A stretch of 64,000 nt of DNA from Octopus sinensis (GCF_006345805.1 NC_043015.1:50530001-50594000); one strand, 5' to 3'. Shown: positions 25,106 through 37,403, counted from the first letter of the stretch. The notes: generated by a model from the sequence alone, not told the origin. Translations and numbers: made by a program.

Positions 25106-26091
25106 GAACTGGTGGATTCTTGAAAATATATTCTAACAAAATAATTTCAACTAACTTGAGTAGTCTAAGATTTTTTAAATGCCCACTCTCTCAGACATAG
25201 AGTTTTTGGGGTTCAAAAAAATAAATGCTATCAGGTTTTTGAATAATCTTTACAAGATCATAAAAGTGATTCCATACAATCTGTTTATGAAAGAATATAG
25301 TTCAAAGGAACAAGGTCGGTTCACAAATGACAAGTTCTTTGTTAACCTCTTGCTATAAAAGTAGGTGGCAGTACTTAATGGTTCAAAGAATTTAAAATAG
25401 CAGTGTGTGTGTGCACGCATGTGAATGCATGTGTGTGTGTGTGTGTGTGTGAAAGAACAAGAGGAAGTTAGAGAGTAAAATAGAGAATTCTAGGAGACAC
25501 TTGAGAACCGAAAGATGTGGTGGAACGCATGACAGCTGAGTAAATATATTTAGTTTGAGCATGAAGTGAACTGATCTCTCTTAAGATGGCATTTTTAATG
25601 TTATAAATGGTATTATGAAAATAATTACAATGATTACAAATATTGTAATGTTAGCAAGATCTTTTTTTTTTTTTTCCCTGCTTTAATATTTTGATATTTT
25701 TCGGTATTTTCTCTATGAAAAAAAGAAAAGAAGAAAATAGAAAATTTTTCATTTGGGGTTTTTTCTTTTGGGTTTTTTTTCTTTTGGTTTTTAACTGAAA
25801 TGAATAAAGAGAGAAAAATGGTGTAAAAAAGAGACAATAGATGTCATTATGATGTATTTTAGTTGGATATTTCCTCTGGGTATCTTTCATCTAAAAAAAT
25901 AAAATATTAATGACAATGATGTGAAAAGTGGAATCGTTAAAGCTGAATGAAACGTTGACGATGAGATGATAATAATTTGTAATGAAAGTGTTTTAACGAA
26001 TGCAATCATCATCATCTTCGTCATCCTCAAAGACATCATCTTCTTGATAAAACGAAACAATGGCTACTGTTGAATGGAAATCTGGAAGGTA

Positions 26092-26143
<52 letters not shown>

Positions 26144-26329
26144 AGGAGAGAGGCAGGTTTTGTGTGTCTGAAGTAATATGCAACAAGCGCAGGTAGAGTG
26201 AGGACATGGTGGTGGTTGTAACCCACAGAAGATGTAGGGAAGTAGTAGTGAGTTAGGGAGGGAGTTTTTAACATCAAGTTAGAGGATTGCCATTTTTTTT
26301 GGACGCAGTCTTAAAATGTGCATGCGCAT

Positions 26330-26735
26330 GGATGCATGTGTATGTGCATGCATGTCTCTGTATGTGTGTATGTGTGGGTATGTAAGTGAGTATGTGTGTG
26401 TGTGAGTGTATGTGAGTGAGTATGCGTGTGTGTGAGTGTATGCGAGTGAGTATGCGTGTGTGTGAGTGTATGAGAGTGAGAGTGTATGTGCGTGTGTATG
26501 TGAGTGAATGTGTATGTGTGTGTGTGTGTGCGATTGACAGTATATATGCATGTGTGTATGTGAGTGTGTGCATGTGTGTATGCGAGTGAGTGTGTATGTG
26601 TGTGTATGCGAGTGAGAGTGTATATGCATGTGTGTATGTGAGTGTGTGCATGTGTATGCAAGTGAATGTGTATGCGAGTGTGTATGTGTATGTGAATGAG
26701 AGTGTGTGTGAGTATGTGTGTGTGTGTGTGTGCAT
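26330..26735. repeat. Degenerate (TG)n / (TGTGAG)n repeat
   Basis: Direct inspection. Confidence 0.85.
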
Positions 26736-27454
26736 GCAAAAGCAACACCGTCTCAGATACCACTCCTGTTATTGCACAACAAATATTGACCGCACACTTA
26801 ATTAACTTTTATTTACCTTAGGTTACATGAAATTACAAAATAGATTTTAGAAGCCAAACAACGAAGACGAATTTGTGATTAACTAACTAGCGTCACACCA
26901 CACTTTTCAGACCAAAATTTATTGTCAAAAAAAGATAGGTTGACTTATACAGCAAAACGACTTTTGAGGACCCAAAATCCCTTGTGAAACACAACAAGAT
27001 CTGTAAATATTAAGACAATATTTGAAAATTTACACTATATACTACACAGGACCAGATTACAACCCCTCGAGGCCCTAAGCACTTAAAAGGTTTTGATGCC
27101 TGCATAAAAGATTATGTAATTCAAAGTATAAACAATAACAAACTATAAAATAACTTTTTACTTTTCAAAGTGATACAAAACAGTAAGAGGGAAAATAATG
27201 TTTATTTTTGTATACTTCCACTTTATTTATATTTGAAAAGTTTCGTCCTAATTTTTTGAATTGCGAAATCTTTGATCAGACATGCTACCCAAGATTCCAA
27301 CTCTTTGGCCCCCTCCACTTCCTTGGACCAACACTTGATTCACCGACCCTGAAACCATGAAAATCAATGTTGCCCTTGCAGGAATTTCAACTTAAAACAC
27401 AAAGAATCAGAACGGCCATGGTCAAATGAATGAAACAATTAAAAGAATAAAACA

Positions 27455-27825
27455 ACGGTAGCACGTAAAAAGTACCATTCGAGCGTGATTGTTACCAGCG
27501 TCGCCTCACTGGCACGGGAAAAAATATTCCAGTGAGGTCATTGCCAGTGCTGCTGGACGGGCTCCTGTGCAGGTGGCACATAAAAAACACCATCTGAGCG
27601 TGGTCGTTACCAGTACCGCCTGACTGGCCCTCGTGCTGGTGGTATGTAAAAGCACCCACTACATTCTCGGAGTGGTTGACATTAGGAAGGGCATCCAGCT
27701 GTAGAAATTCTGCCAGATCAGATTGGAGTCTGGTTCAGCCATCTGGTTCGCCAGACCTCAGTCAAACCATCCAACCCATGCTAGCATGGAAAGCGGATGT
27801 TAAACAATGATGATGATGATGATGA
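27455..27825 (+). mobile_element. Family B copy
   Basis: Module array, core and (ATG)n tail. Confidence 0.85.
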
Positions 27826-28024
27826 CTGCTAATCATTCAACTGAACAACAAACCAATGACTTTGCTAATCCATCCTTTTTGATAATCCAATCTATGTAGG
27901 TATGAATGAAAGCCAAAATCATCTCATTTGAAAATTCTTGAATGAAGAAAAACCCAATCCAGAATGCATAAGTTGCAGTAGAATGCAAAGGTAATTATAC
28001 ACACTAGTTTACCCTACTCACAAT

Positions 28025-28313
28025 TTGGTAGTTAGGGGTGCTCAGCTCCCGCTGGACTTAGCCCAAGACCTCCTCCATGACGACCACTCTCTTTCTTTAG
28101 AAGTGGACCGAGAGGGCGCCGTGGGGGTATCAAGCCCCACTTCAGCAGGAGATGAGTTTTCATTATCTATTCCCTGTGCGTCATGCTCCATAGCCTGTCC
28201 GCTATGTCCTCAGCACTTCTCCTCTCCTCGACACTGGAGGGAACATATAGGCACAGCGTGAAGCTGGTCTACAAATGTAGTAAGTGTGATAGGAAGAGTG
28301 GACACCTTCATTC
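28025..28313 (+). pseudogene. R2-like retrotransposon N-terminus, part 1 (ZnF1 and start of ZnF2)
   Basis: CPLCPQHFSSPRHWREH.. then a frameshift, then HSVKLVYKCSKCDRKSGHLH. Confidence 0.7.
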
Positions 28314-28314
28314 A

Positions 28315-28916
28315 CCACCTGTCTAACACCCGTGGACATGTTTACAAAGTCAGAAAACAGCGCAGCTCCCCTGACTTTCAGAAACATTTTTTCACGCTAA
28401 GAGTTGCTGAAATATGGAACAAACTGCTGGCATCAGTTGTTAGTTATCGGAGCACTGCATCCTTCAAAACTTCCATGCTTCCTGAGATTCGCCAACACTA
28501 CACCTGATTTTCTCCCCTCCATACACACACAAGCATGCATCTGACTCATACACTGTTCACTTCACAGACATTTGTACATTACTTATTTCTTTATTACCCA
28601 CAAGGGGCTAAACATAGAGGGGACAAACAAGGACAGACATAGGTATTAAGTCGATTACATCGACCCCAGTGCATAACTGGTCCTTAATTTATCGACCCTG
28701 AAAGGATGAAAGGCAAAGTTGACCTTGGTGGAATTTTGCCTTTCATCCTTTTGGGGTTGATAAATTAAGGACCAGTTATGCAGTGGGTCGATGTAATCGA
28801 CTTAATACCTATGTACAATTTGTACATTACTGCATATGCTTTATATGCACTTTTGACAAGTTGTGGTGCACCTGAGCACTGCATACAATAATTTTATTAT
28901 TATTATTATTATTATT
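28315..28916 (+). mobile_element. 5'-truncated CR1-like LINE copy with (ATT)n tail, itself interrupted by a SINE
   Basis: Aligns with 1803-2131 (HLSNTRGHVYKVRKQ...WNKL...QHYT). Confidence 0.9.
28583..28817 (-). mobile_element. 5'-truncated family C SINE with fold-back inverted duplication and 13-bp TSD
   Basis: TSD atttgtacattac at 28570-28582 and 28818-28830. Inverted arms at 28637-28717 and 28735-28814. Confidence 0.85.
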
Positions 28917-28920
28917 ATTC

Positions 28921-29220
28921 TATGAGGCGTCACACTGGCTTATCTGGTGTGCCTGCCCTTGGTCCTACTCAGTCTTTCTTCGGGTGTGACTACTGTAGCT
29001 GTTCTTTTTTGACAGCTGTAGGTCAATCGCAGCATGTACGCCATAAACATCCTGTTGCCACCAATGAGCACAGGATTGCAGCTCAGAAGGAGCAGCTGGC
29101 TAGAAAGTGTGCAGATTGAGTGGCCACTGCTGAGGCCTCTGACTGAAGATGCAGGGGCTGTTGATCAGACGAGGAAGTAGCGGTCCTTGTCAAGAAGGAA
29201 GCTAACATTCTTACAAATAA
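28921..29220 (+). pseudogene. R2-like retrotransposon N-terminus, part 2 (ZnF plus Myb-like start)
   Basis: CDYCSCSFLTAVGQSQHVRHKHP..NEHRI, then in the same frame RCRGC*SDEEVAVLVKKEANIL (cf. the R2 Myb motif RWxxEExxLLAxxE). Confidence 0.75.
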
Positions 29221-30048
29221 ATAATGGATGTAAAAAACTAATATCATTTGATATCTTGTGAGATAAATTTCATGATCTTTGTAAGTTTTTCTCATGAGTA
29301 AAGCAATTTTTTTTTCGAAAAGGATAAAATGTCTTCTTAGAGAGTAAAATAAAATAAAATATAGAATTCAGAAATAAAAATATATAATAAATAAAAATGA
29401 GAAAATAATTTAATATAAAGTAACTTGCACCCCCATCCACACACATACATGTATACACACACACACACACACACATTTTGAATTTTCTATCATGGAACTG
29501 TACATTACATATATGTGTGTGTGTGTACACCCACTCTCTTCAGGATTTCTATAGAAACAATAGATATGCGTACGTGCGCTTACATATACATAGCTGTTCG
29601 TATATCTATTTCTATCAATATTTATCTATAACTATCTATGTACATGTGTGTGTATATATACATATATATATATATCTATATATATATATATATATATATA
29701 CATAAATATATATATATACATATATATGTGTACATACACACACTCAAACTTGCACACATATATATATACATACATATATAATATATATATATATGTCTGT
29801 GTGCATACATATACATGTAAACAAAACACACTCACAAAGACACACACCCACACAAGCTTCAGAGGTTCCTAAGTTTCAAAGAAAAGAAAACGTCATACTT
29901 TCTCCTTCTCTCTCCCTTTCTTATTGGTGAGAAGACAATTTATCAAAGTAAGTCAATGATTCATTCTACTGTCAAGCCCTCACACCTTCTCAGAATGCTT
30001 TCACTCACCCACCCTCTGTGTGTGTATATATATATATATATGTATGTA

Positions 30049-30083
<35 letters not shown>

Positions 30084-30183
30084 GTATATATATATATTAT
30101 GGCCGTTCCTTGATTGTTGATATATACATATATATATATATATATGTACCTATATATATATGTATATATATATATATATGTAT

Positions 30184-30275
<92 letters not shown>

Positions 30276-30284
30276 ATATATTTA

Positions 30285-30337
<53 letters not shown>

Positions 30338-30749
30338 TATATATGTATGTATACATATATATATATATATATGTATATATATACATATATATAATATATA
30401 TATGGCTAATTGAAGTGGAAAGTACCTAGAACCACTCTTATATACACACACACACACCACACACACACACACACACACACTTACCTAGTAAAGTCCATAT
30501 TCACTCAGACATAATCACACCTGGTTTCATTCATTCATTCATGTTCTGGGCTTATCAATGAGATAGTATTATCCAGCTCCGTACTTGCCTGACATTAATA
30601 TCGAGTGTCATTAAAGTTATTGTACAATTACAACTGACAAGAGTGTCAAGTTACACGCCAAACATCATCACCACCACCACCACCACTAATAATAATAATA
30701 CAACACACACCCCCATGTATATATGTAGGTATGCATACACACCACACAC

Positions 30750-30847
<98 letters not shown>

Positions 30848-31412
30848 TATATCTATATGTATATATATATGTATATGTGTAAGTGAGTGTGTGTGTATGG
30901 AATACGCAGAGCAAGAGCACACACACACATGCGAAGACGGAAAGTGTTGCTGAGGAGGTCACAGGTGTGTGATAAAAGATTTTTGGACATTGGACATAAG
31001 TTAGAATAAGAACAGTAATAAACGAGTGAAGAACTCAATATATAGTGTGTGTGTTATTTGGCAAAAAAAAAAAAAAAAAAAAGAGAGACCTTCCCGAAAT
31101 ACAATATATATGTACTGGCGTTGATGTGGCAACATTTGAAATATTGTCTAGGTAAATGCAGCTGATGAAGACTGATCAAATTTACTTTGACAAACGTATT
31201 TGAAGGGTCAGAAACCCAGGTACTGCATTATCCAATTCTGGGTGGTCCATTTATCGAATGTTCTTCCTAGAGGTAAGACAAATTTTTCATGCTTCTTGCA
31301 CACACACATCTTTGCAAGTATATACGCAGTGAAGCTTTACAATAGCGTCGTATTTGTATTGGCTGCTATTTCCAGTAAATATTGGTGCCTTGTTGTACCA
31401 CTCATCTGTATT

Positions 31413-31445
<33 letters not shown>

Positions 31446-31454
31446 GGGGGAGTC

Positions 31455-31757
31455 CCCTTTCGTTCATGAATGACCATGAGATTGCACCTAGAAAGTTACC
31501 CTCCAAGGTACAAATCCTGGCAAGATTGTTTATGGAAGGCCAGCAGTCGCTCATGCACACCAGCCTCCATTCTCCATGCCACCAGTGTTCTCCAAAGGAA
31601 AGGCAAAGGCTGATACAGCTTGGCACCAGTGATGTAGCAACTCGTTTTTACAGATGAGTTAACTGGAGCAACATGAAATAAAGTGTCTTGCTCAAGAACA
31701 TGACATGCAGCCCGGTCCAGGAATCAAACTCACAACCTCACGATCATAAGCTCGAAG
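31455..31757 (-). mobile_element. SINE family E
   Basis: aagtgtcttgctcaagaac...caggaatcaaactcacaacc. Confidence 0.7.
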
Positions 31758-31763
31758 CTTATG

Positions 31764-31813
<50 letters not shown>

Positions 31814-31853
31814 AATGCGCCTTCACATATATATATATATAAATATGTGTGTG

Positions 31854-31885
<32 letters not shown>

Positions 31886-31887
31886 AT

Positions 31888-32225
31888 ATCATCATCATCA
31901 TTTAGCATCCGCTTTCTATGCTAGCATGGGTTGGACGGTTCAACTGGGGTCTGGGAAGCCAGAAGGCTGCATCAGGCCCAGTCTGATCTGGCAGTGTTTC
32001 TACGGCTGGATGCCCTTCCTAACGCCAACCACTCTGTGAGTGTAGTGGGTGCTTTGTACGTGCCACCCGCACAGGTGCCAGACGGGGCTGGCAAACGGCC
32101 ATGGACTTATGGTGCTTTTTACGTGCCATAGGCACGGAGGCCAGTCGGGGCGGCGCTGGCAACGGCCACGATCGGATGGTTCGCTTACTTGTCACCGGCA
32201 CTGGTATCACAGCTGCAATTTCCAT
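31888..32225 (-). mobile_element. Family B copy
   Basis: (CAT)n-ttagcatccgctttctatgc... Confidence 0.85.
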
Positions 32226-32337
32226 TGATGTTGATCGACTTCGATTTTGGTTCTGCTTTCTGATATCTGATTTGATTTGATTTGATTTTGATTTTGATTA
32301 TATATATACACATACATGCGCCTTCACATAGATATAT

Positions 32338-32420
<83 letters not shown>

Positions 32421-32476
32421 CATACTATATACATATATACATGTGTGGATAGTTAAATAGATAAATAGATAGATAG

Positions 32477-32528
<52 letters not shown>

Positions 32529-32821
32529 CCGATATAGATATATAGGTATCTATGCATGTATGTATATGCCTGTCTTGTTTCAGTAGTTGGAACACAGTGA
32601 TGATTTATTATTCTTTCGATGCAACGTAATTCCCCAAGAATACAGGTATTTGATTATGCAAAATTATATCTAGTTGTGATTCCTCAGGCGATATACTAGT
32701 GTGGTGTCCATTAGTTTTAAAATTGTTGACTTCAAGGCCATCTTCTCTGTTCGTTGTGCTTTGAATTTAGTTGCAGCTGATAGACCCATGGTGTTTGCCG
32801 TGAGAATGCATTTGACACACT

Positions 32822-32858
<37 letters not shown>

Positions 32859-32859
32859 A

Positions 32860-33035
32860 TAATAATAATAATAATAATATGACAACAAAAGAAAGAATGA
32901 GACCTTAATATTATGTAAATAGAAGAATTTATCTATAAATATATGTGACAATTAGTTGGTTGTCATAATAAAATTCATGAGTTTCTAATGCCGGGGCTGA
33001 AGTCTGCTCTGGTATCTCATCAGTTATTATGACAA
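32860..33035 (-). mobile_element. Penelope-like short element (family H) with hammerhead at 32967-33028
   Basis: Reverse complement: AAUAA-CUGAUGA-GAUACC..GGCAUU-A-GAAA-CUCAUGAA-U-U-UUAUU; same family as 44804-45365. Confidence 0.7.
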
Positions 33036-33141
33036 AGAAAAACGCTATGCAAAAAAAAAAAAAAACGTTGAATAATGGGAAATTATTCCAATAGGTGTGG
33101 TGAAAGTAAATCTTCGTTCATAGAATCTGCATATGCACACA

Positions 33142-33176
<35 letters not shown>

Positions 33177-33180
<4 letters not shown>

Positions 33181-33421
33181 GCAGCATGGAAGATGTTTAT
33201 AAGCCATTTAAGAAATACACAAACACTCTTAGATTTACTTCAACATTTAAATATAATTTGTCAAAATATTTTCGTCGCTTTCAGACCGCGACCTGTTCAC
33301 TGACAAAACTTTGTGCTGCAGCACGAAAATATTTTGACAAATCAAATTTAAATGTTGAAGTGAATCTAACGATTTTTGTGTGTTTCTTAAATGGCTTATA
33401 AACACCTTCCACGCTGCAATT
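33177..33421. mobile_element. Palindromic mini-element (99-bp arms) enclosing a hammerhead
   Basis: 33177-33275 is inverted to 33323-33421. Confidence 0.8.
33257..33307 (-). ncRNA. Type-I hammerhead with G3:C8 swapped core
   Basis: Reverse complement: UUUGUCA-GUGAACA-G-GUCGC(9 nt)GCGAC-GAA-AAUAUU-U-UGACAAA. Confidence 0.65.
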
Positions 33422-34407
33422 GTTTTCGTTCCAGCACACGATCTCAGATCAAGTCACTCGCTATGCAAGTACATCTCACAGCGTGAGATAAATACAGCAA
33501 CAGTACTTTGTAGTAACGATTGTTTGCCAACATAACATGGCAGTCCTGGTTAAGGACTACTGTTGCTGTAAATTAGCCCCAGAAATAACCCAGAAACTGC
33601 GATACACAGATATTTTGAGCTGAGTTGAGATGCTAGATTCCCTTGTTCAAAAATATAAGGACGGAGATCGTGTTGTATAGCCAGCTGGAAACGATGTCTC
33701 CTGGGGCTAAATTACAGCAACATTAGTCCTAAACCAGGACTGCCATGTTATGTTGGCAAACAATCTTTGCTACAAGTATATATATGTTATGCATTTATAT
33801 ACATACGTGCAAACCAAGTTTTCAGTCAAATGAGAGTAAGATCAGTATAGGAAATATTAGATAAACTCACATCCCCTAAATGTTTTCATCCCTTCTCAGC
33901 CTCCCACACTGCCAATCTCTCTCATGCTTCTCTCTCGTGCTTCACAAATCCTGCGGAATGGTAAAGGACTCAACCAGTGTTTTTACTCCAAATGCATTTT
34001 AATCATAACAGTAAATAGTGGAATACTGTGTGACAAGCAAACAGCATCATTTGATGAGAGTCTGGGAGCAGATAACCAATAGATGAGTCATCAGACAAGA
34101 GGTAAGAAGATAAAAGAAAGAGGAAGCGTTTGAGGTTTATTGCTCTGGTCATCATTATAAATGAATGAGTGACAAGATCAATGAAGCTTCAATAATGTGC
34201 TTCAACTGCCGAAGTACCTAAAGTGTGTCATGTGTTTATTTAAAAAAAAAAAAAAAGATATGAAGCTTTAGAAAAACTGTTCTAGTCTTGGAAAACTGTT
34301 TATTCATAATTTTGTTATGATTAAATAGACAAGATAACCAATAGTTTTGTTTGTAGATATATATTTTTTTTTTTTATAAATTTTTAATTTAAGAATTAAA
34401 AAAAAAA

Positions 34408-34684
34408 AATCTTCAGTGGGTTATAAAGTGGATGGATGGCTAGACAAGAGACAAGACACACAGACAGACAGATAACTACAAGTTGTCTTTTAACCCTTTT
34501 GTTACCATAGGCGCAGGAGTGGCTGTGTGGTAAGTAGCTTGCTAACCAACCACATGGTTCCGGGTTCAGTCCCACTGCGTGGCATCTTGGGCAAGTGTCT
34601 TCTGCTATAGCCCCGGGCCGACCAATGCCTTGTGAGTGGATTTGGTAGACGGAAACTGAAAGAAGCCTGTCGTATATAGTATAT

Positions 34685-34720
<36 letters not shown>

Positions 34721-35107
34721 GTGTGTGTGTATGTCTGTGTTGTCCCCCTAGCATTGCTTGACACGCGATGCTGGTGTGTTTAACTCCCCGTCACTTAGCG
34801 GTTCGGCAAAAGAATAGTCCCGGGGTCGATTTGCTCGACTAAAGGCGGTGCTCCAGCATAGCCGCAGTCAAATGACTGAAACAAGTAAAAGAATAAAAGA
34901 ATAGAAATCTTCAGTAGGTCATAAAGTGGATGGATGGCTAAACAAGAGTCAAGACACACAGACAGACAGATCTACAAGTTGTCTTTTAACCCTTTTGTTA
35001 CCATAAAAATCTTCAGTGGGGTCATAAAGTGGATGGATGGCTAAACAAGAGACAAGACACACAGACAGACAGATAACTACAAGTTGTCTTTTAACCCTTT
35101 TGTTACC
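34408..35107 (+). repeat. Triplicated ~100-bp unit ending in a MITE terminus, with a SINE after unit 1
   Basis: aatcttcagt..aaagtggatggatggct...ttaacccttttgttacc at about 34408, 34906 and 35008. Confidence 0.85.
34507..34904 (+). mobile_element. Full-length SINE family A (young subfamily)
   Basis: ataggcgcaggagtggctgtgtggtaag...aaacaagtaaaagaataaaagaat. Confidence 0.9.
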
Positions 35108-36374
35108 TTATTTTTGCTGAAAAAAATTGCCTCTGTTCCAAGTAATTTTGAAACTAATTAACAAATTTGCAATCAACAGCGAGATCTTCAACAGCTAAAC
35201 ACATCATTTGCTCTGGGGTGTTAAACTCGTTACTCCCCCCCCCCCCTCGTCTGCTGCTTAACCCCCACCTTTCTTTTTCTCGTTTTCTTTGTTTCCTTGG
35301 TTAGGTTATTATGGAGTGTTTATATTTTTTCACAATAATTCAATCTTTTATACTCTTAATGTTTGGGTTGTTCTTTTCTTCCTGTAAAAATACGTTGATA
35401 AAAACAAAGGCCCCTTTAAAAACAAAAAAAGGGCGATTAAAATAACTCGTTAAAAACTGCTTTACCTGTCCTGCATATTTCGTGTAATACACAAGGCATA
35501 TTCCCCTGACATCTATGCATCATCACAGATTTTTCAACTAACAGGAGACTTAGGATTTGGGAAAGGTAAGCTTGATATTGTTTAGAACGAATGAAACAAG
35601 AGGTAACTAGAAGTCTGAAACAAAGCAAGGGCATCCAGGACTAACATGAAAATGCTTTGGAGAGGCAAAGAATAATTAAACTAGTGTTTTGGAACATGGA
35701 TTAGCAGGAAATTTTGATGGAAGGTTTTAGAATCACTTGGAAACAGAATTTGTTTCATTAGAACTAGGAGTAATTCTTATGTGGTTGGTACCAAAAGAGT
35801 TAAATGTAGTGTTGGGTAAGCTGAAGCTGTGTGTAGGTTGTTTGTCTTGTTGTTTTGCTCCAAGGTTTGTACCAATTCCACAGACCTGTGATTAAAGACA
35901 ACCAGCCTCCCTATTTTGAATTTTCACACTACATTATTATGTAATGCAATCCTTCCATTTTTTTTTTTTTTTTTTTAGTGATTTGAGAGACATTTAGCTG
36001 CTAACTCTAGCAAGGTCATGTGACCACATAGAGCTTCCTACAATTGACTTGTGAAAGGTGAATTAAAGTTTAGTCCCAGGTCAGCCTGACGGAGAAGACC
36101 TATGGTAAAAGGCATTCCAACTGTGACCAGTCCATTTATTTTTCTATATTTATGTCTACATTATTCAATGAGTATTTAAGACTGTAAGGTATGATTTTGA
36201 GAATATACGACTATCATTTCTAGCAGGGTTGTTGACCATATAACAGCTCTTTTACCAGTTTGATCAAACATGTTCCAACCATGACCAACTTAAGTTTTTG
36301 TTCATTTAAAGTGTCCTTCTCCTTTATTAAAAGACGACAAGGGTACAATCTGAAGAAAGTTCAACTGCCATTTC

Positions 36375-36607
36375 TTATTTCTTTATTGTCCACAAGGGGC
36401 TAAACATAGAGGGGACAAACAGGGACAGACAAAGGTATTAAGTTGAATACATCGACCCCAGTGCATAACTGGTACTTAATTTATCGACCCCAAATGGATG
36501 AAAGGCAAAGTCAACCTCGGCGGGATTTGAACTCAGAACCTAATGACAGACGAAATACCGCTAAGCATTTCGCCCAATGTGCTAACGTTTCTGCCAGTTC
36601 GCCGCCT
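36375..36607 (-). mobile_element. Near-full-length SINE family C
   Basis: ttatttctttattgtccacaagggg...gctaagcatttcgccc...ctgccagttcgccgcc. Confidence 0.9.
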
Positions 36608-37403
36608 TTTAACTGCCATTTCTGTCAAATTGAACACCTCCCATAGACTATTTAGCTGCTATTTCTACCATGTTGATATGCAACATATGAGCTCCTAGAA
36701 GCTTTGACTGCTATTTCTAGTACATTGATCAGCTACAAACAAACTCTGTTATCAGTTGCCTCATGAAAGAACTGCTATAGATGGAAATCAAGAACTCTAT
36801 ATTCTTTGCGTTCGTTCCAGAACATTCTGTATATTAAATGATCTTGCCATAACTTTCCATTATCTTTCGGCTTGATAGTTATCACCATTTCTATACTGGC
36901 ACCATTTACTTCATCTGGCGCTGTTTAGATTTCATCTCGGCTCTCTCATATGAAAAGGAAATCAACTGTAAAGCGGTTAATAAGATTGGCCGTTAATAAG
37001 ATTGCTTTCCCAGTTTTCAGTCTTGAAATGCTTCTAAGAATATTGTGAAGAATTTAGATGATATAATATCACCAAAGTGCAAGCAATTCTTGAGAAGGTT
37101 TCATCTTTTTAAATGCTTGAACATCTCTCTCTCTCTTTTTCTTCTCTCTTTCTTTTGAAAGATTTCTATTTTGCAGTTCTATTTCAGCTAACCATTTTGG
37201 TGTGAATTCTTTTAATTTCGGCAGTGGTTCATCTCCCGGTCAGACTTGAATAAGTTAACCAATGATCAATGACATTTTAGCTGTGATCATTCATTTATGT
37301 TTATTCGTCTTTCTAGACCATATTTTCAAACATTACCTGCCATTTTTAAGACAACCAAGATATGATTCGAGGGACATGCAATAGCATTCTGCATATATAT
37401 ATA

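Noticed and set aside
35731-35815. Apparent hydrophobic exon ...LGVILMWLVPKELNVVL with a gtaagc donor
   Set aside because: The sequence is the decayed right end of the piggyBac-type MITE (ggttggtacc.aaag.gttaa).
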